Shown here: piece by piece, positions 51,424 through 61,255 of the stretch
Layout of the letters: the number at the start of each line of letters is the position of its first letter
Position numbering within the stretch: the stretch's first letter is position 1
NCBI GenBank assembly: GCA_039545335.1
Contig: BCIN01000007.1
Location: forward strand, 310,001-374,000
Direction of reading: 5' to 3'
Origin: Kondoa subrosea
Lineage: Eukaryota
Length of the DNA stretch: 64,000 nucleotides
Program-made: the position numbers and the translations under genes
The notes under the pieces: model-generated
Seen by the model: the letters and a program-made list of their open reading frames with translations, nothing else
Database searches by the model: none
What the model was told of the DNA's origin: nothing

Positions 51424-52018
51424 ATGTCGACCTATCCGTATCTTCACCTTACACCTGAGCAAGCTGCTCTACAACTCCTTCATGCTGGCCCTAGAGAACA
51501 TCCCGACGATGAGGGAGCTCTCGCCAAAGGCACAATCATCGAATTCCACAATAAACCTGGTCATTTTCCCTTGCGATTTATCGGCCATCTCTTACACCTC
51601 GTTTTTGTTAGGCTCTCGTCACATCCATATGAGAACCGAAGCCGGCCATGAACGGGTCAAATTGGCTGGTGATCTGAAGCCTGATCAAGTCAGAGGGTGG
51701 TTCCATGATCATCCTCCGGTCGGCGCTAGCATTGAGCCTCACCATACGGTAGGCTGGCTCTACTTTGGCGCTTGAAGCAATGCTAAGGCGCGCGCAGTTG
51801 CACGCCTTCATGAATGGTGACCTGAACAAAGTCACTCACTATTGGTGTGCAAATCCGGAAACAGTAGGCGGCCGCTTTGGGGAATGGGTACACCACACTG
51901 AAGCAGCTGGACATTTTGACCGAGTAAACATCGCAAGAGCGGCTCGGGTCGGTCTTCTGTGCTGTAAATCGTGCTCGTCGTACTCATACGATTTTTGCAG
52001 CCACAACCACATGTGTGA
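51424..52018 (+). CDS. Small His-rich hypothetical protein (146 aa, 4 exons)
   Basis: Exons 51424-51559, 51612-51748, 51798-51947 and 52001-52018 join in frame through GT-AG introns of 52, 49 and 53 nt. TATAAG at ~51343 and AATAAA at ~52089. Confidence 0.72.
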
Positions 52019-52278
52019 CCCAGTGCAGGAAAGGCAACATCATGATATGGGCTCATACTAGACATTATGCAATTTCAGTCTCCTCATAATAAAGCCTTGT
52101 TACGCACACCCTCCTCCTGATTTTCATCCTCCTATAGCTGACTATCTTTGTACTCTCAAGGCTTACTGCTGCTCATGTTTGTCTAGCGGATTGCTATTTT
52201 GACTTTACTTTTGCTTCTCTTCTTTATCTTGCCTTTGGACCAATTCTCGGGCAGACCTTCGCTCTCCGCGAATCATGA

Positions 52279-53428
52279 TTATTTACAGTGTACAACGCCT
52301 TGCAATAACTCTTCTTTATCTTTGCTAGCGAAGCCCAAGCAAATTGGCCTGTCGCTTAATCTGACGAAACACGAAGATCCCGTGAACGTCGTGTCTGTAC
52401 ATCGAATGGATCAGCTGCTGGCGTCTACGCAGTCGAAGAGAGAACTGACCTCCTTCTGATCCAATTCGATTACAGGCGATGAAAGGGATATCTGATCCAA
52501 GTAATGGCGAGCTTCTGAGACAGAAATAGCTTATTGTCTTTCTCACTCGCTCCCATTCAATCTTTCCTTCTTCTTCTCTACCATCATATAATCAGTAATA
52601 CTACTCCAAGACAAAGAGGTAACTCACTCTTCTTCTTCTGACGAGACCAACCAGTTCATACAACATATTACCATATCCGCTTTCTGCTCAAATGCATATC
52701 GGGTCAATTCGTACGCTTCAAATGGACTATCGGTAAAACGAAGAGGGTTCAAGTCCATACATATGCTTGGACAAATCTTGACTTCTCTTCCTTGAATATT
52801 AAGGGTGACGATTTCCCATTTTTGACCAGAAGTACACCAAGATTCATCCGTTGTGTAAAGATGATGCTTCCTATAGATTGAAACGAGTTGTCCGGAAGAA
52901 GAAACGATAGCCAAGGAATTGTGAGCTAGTCCATTTGATCCTAATTCAGGGAAACCGATGATAACTGCGCAAGTGAGTCGAAGGGCTATACAGTATCTGT
53001 ACATAAGAATAAGCTAATAAGCGGTGGAGAAAGTATGCACCTGTTCGTTTTGCCCAGAGAATACTTGGACCTTCATGTGTTTCCAAGTAAGGCTGGATAT
53101 CCTCCAAAGAAGTAAAGCAGTAGCCCTATCCCATAGTATGAGGAAACATAGACAAGAGGAGTCAAAGAGAAAGAACAGTAAAGGCCATTTCAGGCAGCAC
53201 GAGTATATCTGTCGAGCCAGGTTGCAAACTGCACAGAAGGGGTATCAAGACGAGTGTCGCATGATGATTGTGGATAGACACACGATGCGAGCAGCTCTTC
53301 GGCTCTAGCTATGCTGCCCTGCACATCTTTGAATTTTGGAGAATTTTGAAGCTTTAGGCAGGCTTAATAAGGGCAAAGCGACACAAGGCAGAAGTAAGAC
53401 AGCAAACACAAGCTATTCTAACATCCAT
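52279..53428 (-). CDS. NTA1: Protein N-terminal Asn/Gln amidase (carbon-nitrogen hydrolase family)
   Basis: MDVRIACLQNSPK, DILVLPEMAFTGY (catalytic Glu), YRKHHLYTTDESW (Lys), ICMDLNP (Cys), PFEAYEL, MNWL, CNRIGSEGDTTFTGSS. Confidence 0.9.
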
Positions 53429-53556
53429 TGCGAGGTAGAAATAGTCGTGGTTTGAGTTAGATTAGTCAGCCAACGAAAACAACTGAATATCAATTGTCGA
53501 GTCTCCGCAATATGCATATACACAGTACACAGGTGATACAGCGCTGTCTCACGCAA

Positions 53557-54167
53557 TCAGAGCTTCGCCTTCTCCTCGTCTGCAACCTTGCCGATTAAGT
53601 AGGGTTTGGCGGTCTTGTTGTAGACCTTCTTGCCTGCAAAGGAAATGAGTGAAAGCGGTATCAGCAGACAGAATACTCATTGTGGAACTGCCAGAAAGAC
53701 TTTTGGAGAGGAAGAGGAAGAGGAAGGGGAAGGGAAGAAGAGGACGAGAAGGAGTCAGCGAAACTTCGAGTGCTTTAAAGACCTCACCTTTGAAGAGTCC
53801 TTTCCGCATGAACTATAGAGTAGCAGTAGAGTCAGAACGATCAGCATTGTGGACATATCAACCCACTTGAGCAGGATCTTCTTTCCGCTGTTCAACATGA
53901 ATCAGCCCCTTTGACTTTATATCGTAGAAACTCAAACACACCCTGGATGTTCGCTGAGGAAAGGGGTCACATCGTACACTCCTCCATCGATAATAAGCCA
54001 AGCATCTTTCTCCGACTATCTCTAAGCGATCAGCTTGTTTCCAAACTTGCAATAAACCAGGCCAAACCTTGTGCTGTGAGACTTCGCTCTACATATGAGC
54101 GGGGCATCAGTACGTAGTAGCTGTAGACGTAAACCAAACAAACAGGCTTGAATGTTTTCTCAGACAT
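53557..54167 (-). CDS. Small soluble cytochrome b5-like heme protein (~86 aa, 7 exons) ending in PTS1 -AKL
   Basis: Spliced MSEKTFKP|SEVSQHK|SEKDAWLIIDGGVYDVTPFLSEHPG|GKKILLN|SCGKDSSK|SFWQFHS|KKVYNKTAKPYLIGKVADEEKAKL*. HPGG and a second heme His are present. The modelled last intron (53634-53680) begins ATGAGT. Confidence 0.88.
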
Positions 54168-54291
54168 GATATAATATGGTTTGAGACAAGAAGCAGTGCA
54201 TGTGAAAATAAAAAAGGGAGAGAATCTACATTGACAAATTGCAATTGCTACAGAAGTACCGATACCATGCTTGTATGACCCATAAAATAAA

Positions 54292-57200
54292 TCACGATAA
54301 ATGGAAAGCCCCTGCAGTCGAAGTTAGCGGATGTTTCTTAAAAAGTCAAGTCAACCGGACCTTGACCCTCTTTCACTGCGACATCTAAGCGATCCCGAAG
54401 TACTATTGAACTCGAATATTCCGGCATTTTGACCTGTTTGCGAAAAGTTACACTCAAATCTGCAAAGAATGAGCTGGCAAACTCACATAATTCTGGCATG
54501 TCATAACACTGGGCAAGTATTCATCCGCATGATGACCTGGCTCGGGCAGCTTGCGAACGATAGTAAGAGATGGATGTAGAGATCGGAAGCCTTCATATCG
54601 TCAGCCAAAGTTCAACATCTGAGGTATCTAAACTCACCTCCAACAGGCAGGCGAGGACTACCAGTTGCGAAACTTAAGAATGCCCTCTTCTCTTTGTCAT
54701 CGTAGGAAGCCATCATCGAGACCATATCTTTGACCACTCGAGAATCCATTGAGTAACCATGATCAGCTCGAAGGCTGTCCGTTAAAGCTGAACACAGGCG
54801 ATCAGATTTGGCTTTCTGAAAGTTAAAATAACGACTTACTTTCTGCAGACCAATCTTCTGCATTGTTACCGAACAGCATCACCAGCTCTTCAGCCGAGAA
54901 GCAAGCTAAATCTTTGACTGGGAAGATTTCGCTGAAACCTTCTCTGAATGCTTGCACTTGCCTGTTGGTGATTGCATCAGCAATAAAGTTACTGAGTATG
55001 CGAAAGACACACTTAGCTACACCAGTCACCAGAGTGTACTCGATGACGAGCGAAATGTATTCATCGACGTTCTCAATTGTGACATCCACCTCTGAACCAT
55101 TGGATTTGAGCTCGATGTGAGGATAGCCGGGTAGAGTGAAGTCGAGAGACAAATCTTCTATCGAAGCATCTCTGAATTGAATGCTTTTGATGGCTTCGAG
55201 CTTCTCCTCTTCGGACTATTTTGACATGTAAGTATGCGCTATATACGGACAACAATGACACTTTACCAGAGAGTCACTGTTCTTTATCTCTTCTCGAGCA
55301 ATTACATACGCTTCCAGCTGATCAAGCGATTTGCCAAGGGTCGGATCAATGGTCTTTACGCTAGAGCAAGCTATAGGTAATTGTCGGTCCAGAACAAGCT
55401 TCATGAACGTTCTACTGAAAGGCAGGTCGATGATACGCGAGTCCATCAAGCTTTTAGCAATGAATTGACCCATGAAACGGAACATGGCGGTGATTTTGCG
55501 ACCACCTTCACATTGAGCATCGCCATCGAGTACAGGTGAAGGGAAGAGGCCACAAGGGTTGTCCACGTATAGCGAAGGATTTGCTGCATCGTCGCTACTT
55601 CGCCAAAGCTTGAGCTTCTTTAGACTGAATTCTCGCGATACCAATGCATCTGTCGAGGGGTAAGTATGCTGCGATGAGGTATAGCTCATCACACTGACAA
55701 AATTCCAAAGTAGGACCGAGACCAGTGCCAACTTCATCGAAGAATTCGATTCTAATGAATGATCTTAGCTGGGCGCAACGCAATTGCTTAAAAAAGAAAA
55801 AAACTCACTCCAGCATGGCTCTACTTTGACCATACAGCTCGAAAACCTTGAAAGCGGATTCTAGCAGCCGGTCTCTTGCTATCCTGACCTTTTGCCTTTG
55901 CAGGCGGCCAAGGAAGCTTAAGCTTTCGTCTCTTCGAGTTTCAGATCTTGCTTGACCAAGCCATTTCTGCATCAGGCGCGCATAGCCAAAGGAGGTGGAT
56001 TGAAGAAGAGAGAAACGACTCTCGAAAGGGAAGAGGAAGGAAAAGGATTGGGGTAGATCAAGAGCCCATTCTGGTAAGCAAGAACTGGCTACAATCATGG
56101 GTTCTTCGAGCTGGCGATTAAGCTTAGCAGTCAGCTTGTTGTTCACAAAAGCCGTTGCTGGTAAGCGAGTCGTTGAGTGATCGGTAGAAAGGATGTCTTG
56201 GAGATCGGAATTGAGGATGTGGAAAACGCGAAGTAGTTGCAATACCTCAGCTTGCCGCGTTCCAGGAGTGATAGAATCAGGAAGAATAGTATCTGGACTA
56301 GCTTGTCTAGCACTTTGAGGCTCGGGACTTGCTCGAGTCGCATCCAGAGGCGCCGGACCCGGAAGTTTCTTGAATCGCACGGTGTAAATGTTTGACCACA
56401 TCGTCCGACTTGTAGAAGAGTTGGTTCTGAGTTCATGTTGATGCACAGCGCCATATATTGTTGTATCATGCGAAACTTCAACATCGCCCATGTAGAATTT
56501 GAGATGGAAATCGCTGGGTTCTGTCTTGAGAGCAGCAGCATACGAGCCTTTGCCGCGAGATAAAGGTGGTTGTGAGGATGTAGCAGATTTGCCCATTGCA
56601 GGAGTTGCGACACGAGTCCCTCCGGGAGTATGCCCTTCTAGGCGAGATCCATCAGCACTTGGTTCAACGCTGACAGGCGGCGCTTCTTCGTCTTGCGCTT
56701 CTGCCGCTGTTTCATCAATCGCAGCATCTACCTCCTCTGCTGGAGTTGCCGTATTGCTTGTTGATGCTTTTGGAACTTGCGCTTCCTTCTCTTTATCCTC
56801 TTTCGCACTGAGACGAGAACTTCTGCGACGAGTGGACTTTTCTGCTGGAGCTGTGCTTGAACTTGGAGCAGCAGATGCGGATGTCGAAGTTGAAGGGGTA
56901 GGAGGAGCATTATCGCCTGCTAGTTCACCCAGACCTGCTGCTTGTGCGAAAGCAGCCAGAGCGCCCGACAGTCTAGACGATCCCGGATTGGCAGCAGCAG
57001 CAATTCGAGGACGCAGATAGTCGTTGAAGGCTTGGAACGTAGCAATGGCATGTATAGAGACGATCACATTGTTGCAAGATCGAGGAACACCTGCATCTTC
57101 GGAGATGAGCTTGAGTTTCAGTTGACGTGCAAGCATAGAAGCTGAGTTCCGTTCCGTAGCTCCTTGCAATGCAGTCACGACGTCGAACTCCTCCATCTTG

Positions 57201-60200
57201 CTCATCGAGTTTTGTAGTCTGGAAACAATGACGGAAAAAGCAATGCTCTTGCCGTTCGAAGGAGAAATGCCGAAGGCTTTTGCGAGAAGCTCTTGTCGAA
57301 AGAATGTGGTTACTGTAGTAACATCTCAACGAGTGGTGACACAATCACATCGAGCACAACTCACAAGACGAGGTAGAGTTTTCTTGACTGAAATGCAATA
57401 AGGCACTGACGAGACCACTTTCAATCATTTCGAAGCTAGAAAGCGGTTGTTCTGTGTTGGCGAAGAGTTCCACAATCGAATCCAATGTCTTTTCCACTGC
57501 TGAAAGGTTGGATTGAGTTGCGCTCTTCGAATGATCTTCCAATTCAGAGACGAGCATTTTGATCTTTTGTAAATCCTCGATTGCTTGAGAAGCAGATTCA
57601 CTTGAAGTCGAGCAATATCGATCACGAACGAATTTGGCGCGAACGGTATTCAAGTCTCTGAGGTGATCATCCGCTGAGGTCATTGCAGCCGCATTGCGTT
57701 CGTTCTGTCGCATGATCCGAGCAAGCATGGCTGCTTCTCCAGTAAGATCTTCGGCACTTGTCGTTGCAGTCTCAGTGTCTGCCGAGGATGGTACAGCTGT
57801 CTTCTTGGGTTGCAATGCCAGCATTGGACTTTCTGCTAACTCTTCGATGCCATGAAGAACACCTTCACGTCTGAACTGATAGTGAGATGTTTCTGGTAGC
57901 TTGACAAGGAAGAGCTCGACAAGCTGCAGAGCAGTAGTAAGGAGTGAAGGCTGATCTCGAGCTGCTAGAATTCCGCCAAGGAAACCAGCCATAGAAAGCG
58001 ACTAGCGAAATATCAGTCTTCGGCAGAAACCGTGCCGCTTTTGACTTACAGAAATAATTTCCTGCAGATCATCTTTGGGACAAAAGTGAGCAATCTTGCA
58101 GATACCAGTCATTGCTTTAGTCTTGATCACTACGCCAACACTCGCAGAGTAAACTTCGACAAGCATAGGAAGCATCAATGCAAAGAAACGTCGAATTGAT
58201 GTTTGACGGTCTTCGGACCCGTTGGAAAGCATCTCAATGCGACGGTCGTTAGGTTTCTGTTTCGGCACAGCAAGTGTATCTTGAGTCAAATCGATAGGCA
58301 TATCATCTGATCTCTCTTCAAGCTTGACTACTTCTTGCACATCTTCATCGTCGTCTTCGTCTGCTTCGGCTGCCGGAGTTGAAGACCCTTCTGTTGCTGC
58401 AGCTTCGGTAGACCCATTGTTGTCTTCAGTGACGGAAGTAGATGGACCTGCTTCGGCACGAACAGGAGAAGCCGTTTCACGTTGAGCCTTCTTCGACCTC
58501 CTTCCACTCCGACTGGCGTTTGGTTTGCTGCTGAAGATACCATCTGAGCAGACACAATCAATCCTATGCCGAGCAAGAAAGATAGCAAAACTACCTTTTG
58601 GCAAAGCTGGTAATAGTTCTCCGGCGAGCACGAGCGCTTCCTGAACTTGATCCTTTGGTCTGTGTACCAAATTCTGCAGAACAAACATATCATTCTCTTC
58701 GCGCTGCTTCTTGACACCTGAAATCTCTTCGCCAGTCGAAGGGGGAGAGAGACCGCCAAGAAGCGAATAAAGTGTATTTGCAATGTTCATTTCAATCAGA
58801 GCCATAGCCACTTCGGGACTCGCTCGAGCAGCGATACCAAGCATTCGAAGAACTTGTGTGTAAGTGGTAGCTCCAATTGTACTTGCGTTACCAGGCAGTA
58901 AGAGCTTCTCAATCGGTGCTAAGAGGTCGGATGTAAGAATAGCTTCCAATTTCTCAGGATAATGTCGATAAGAGTCAACAATCCGAGTGAGAGCTAAGCA
59001 AGCTTGTTCAACCACCCGTTGATCGGAATAGCTGAGGATGTTTTGTAGAATAGGAGTAATTTCTTGCACCATAGAGAAAGAGTCGACCGAAAGAGAGCGG
59101 CAACAATTAGCAGCAGCGGTGACTGCTGTACGCTGAACATTGGTGGAAAAGAAGTCGAGATAGGTGAGTAATGCAGTCAGACCACCTTCTCTTACTACAG
59201 AAGAAGGCATTTCGAGCGAAATCTTCTCGAGAGTCTTGCAAATGGGAAAGAAGGGGTCAGCTACAGTACAGCGAAGGTCACTACCACTCACGGAAAGCGT
59301 TTGTTCTGCCAGATCAATGAATTGAATCTCCAAGAGCTTCGCACACAGAACAGGAACCGCTCCATTGGCAACAACCGAATGGGACGATCCAGGCATAGCT
59401 TCCATAAGATTAGCCAAGCACCGACATGCAAGGAGCATCATTTCCATCAAGCTTTCTTCGCCGTTAAGCATAAGCAAAGGATCTTCGCCTCGCAGAATAT
59501 AGATGAGTTCTTTGCAGAAAGAATCGATGCTTAGCATTCCAGCTAAAGTATCCTCAGTACTGATGCTGAGTATTTCTGAGAGGTCTTGTAAAGCCATAAG
59601 TTTCATTGTTGGGTCAGCTTCAGGTGATCGATCTTTCAGGTTGTTCAAGATGGATCTGAGACGAGAGTTGAAGCCAGACATGATTCCAGCAAAGCCACCC
59701 ATACCAGCGTAAGCACTGAAAGGTTCATCCATAGCGGTATTACGACCAGAAGAAGGTTTAGAAGCAGGTTTGCCAGTTGTTTTGGCCAATGGTAAACCTT
59801 CATCATCGAATTCTCTTTCTTCGGGTTCATCTTGATCTGAATGACTTTCATCCTCTGGATCGTCAATCACTTGCTGAGCTGCCTTGTTGGTTTTATCGCC
59901 AACTTCCGCATTGAGGATTTCGTCATCTCGAACAATCATCTCTTCATCTTCGCTATCGCCAAGCATTTCACCTCCCTCTTCATCGAAATCATCAAACGCA
60001 TCAATCAGTTGAGCCATGTTCTCTTCTTCTTCATCAAGCATAAGATCACCATCCAAGATTGGTTCATCCACTTCCATTCTCACGTCCCCTTCAGCCGCTT
60101 CTTTGTCCGCATTCTGTTGCGCTTGCAAAGTAGTTAAATCTGAAGCAGCTGATTTCCTAGTTCTAGCTTTGACAGTTGAAGTAGTAGCGGCAGGAGCACA

Positions 60201-61126
60201 ACCATCTTTAGCCGAAGCAGAAGTAGCTGCTTGAGTTCTAGCTCTTCGCTTATTTGCTCGACCACCAGAGGGAGGAATCTCTTCAGCAGCTAAAGAAGCA
60301 GATGTAGAAGGTTCATCTAGTTCTGGCTTGATCTTGCCAGCTGGTGAACTTCCTCCTGATCCTTTACTTTTCCTACCCATCCTCTTCTTCTTCCGACTAG
60401 TAGTGACTTTAGTTTCTGATGGACGAGTACGAAGGTTATAAGCTCGAGAAGAATCTGTTGATTCTACTTTGCGTTTCTTGCTTGGACGAGAACTAGTTTC
60501 TGCTTGATCGACAGGTTCCGGTGAGATGGCCCTTCGTTTACCTTGAGCTTTGGCTGAAAGAGAAGGTTGTTGAGATGGTTGAGACGGCCCACCAAGCGAT
60601 CTTCGAGATCTAGAAAGCAAGGGCAATTTTGCATTAGCTATCTGTGTGTTCAAAGAAAGTACATTCTATAGCGCCGCAGATAAAAGAATGATACGAATCA
60701 AGAGAGCAAGCAATGGACAATACAGAGACGTGACGCAGGAAGACAAAGCCGGACAAGGCGAACAGATAATCAAAGAAGCGAGGGAATTCACCTTCTAGGA
60801 GCTGGTTGCTCTGACTCTTGAACTTGCTGAGGCTGAGCTACTTCACGTTTGCGCTTCTTGCTTGCAGGAGCTGCTGAAGTCGAAGTCGGCAGAACTTGCT
60901 CTGCTGCAGTATTGCTGACTCCTGACTTTCTCTGGCTTCGTCTAGGTAAAGGCTTGATAGGTTCTTCTGCTCTAGCGTGCTGTGATTGAGCTGTAGCGAG
61001 AGTAGAGACTGAAGCCACAGATTCGCTTTCAACCACGCTTGGGCTCGATTCTTCGGCGTCACTCAATTCAGAGGATAGGTCGCTTAAGGAATCTGATTCT
61101 TCTGGCTTGCTTCTAGCAACACTCAT
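54292..61126 (-). CDS. UFD4: HECT E3 ubiquitin ligase, Ufd4/TRIP12 family
   Basis: ARM region [96 protein letters not shown]. First exon starts [11 protein letters not shown] at 61126. Confidence 0.95.
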
Positions 61127-61255
61127 CTCAAGTCCATTCAGGACAAGAGCCAGGCAAATAAAATGGTTGATAAAATCGTTCAAGAGCAACCGCGAATGGT
61201 TTGACTAGAGATCATGGGAAGAGTGGCAAGAGTGGTTCCAATGTAATGTTACAGA

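Noticed and set aside
51160..52061. Three overlapping frame-shifted ORFs suggesting an endogenous viral or transposon relic
   Set aside because: The frame changes coincide exactly with canonical GT-AG introns and give one intact 146-aa gene.
53630..53870. Plus-strand ORFs with poly-Glu/Lys-Arg runs
   Set aside because: They are the antisense of a polypyrimidine-rich intron of the minus-strand cytochrome b5 gene.
56499..57020. 173-aa plus-strand ORF
   Set aside because: Antisense shadow of an Ala/Ser/Pro-rich UFD4 exon.
60788..61189. Apparent separate 133-aa gene
   Set aside because: It splices in frame (PRR|SRRSLG) through a ~180-nt intron into UFD4 and is its first exon.
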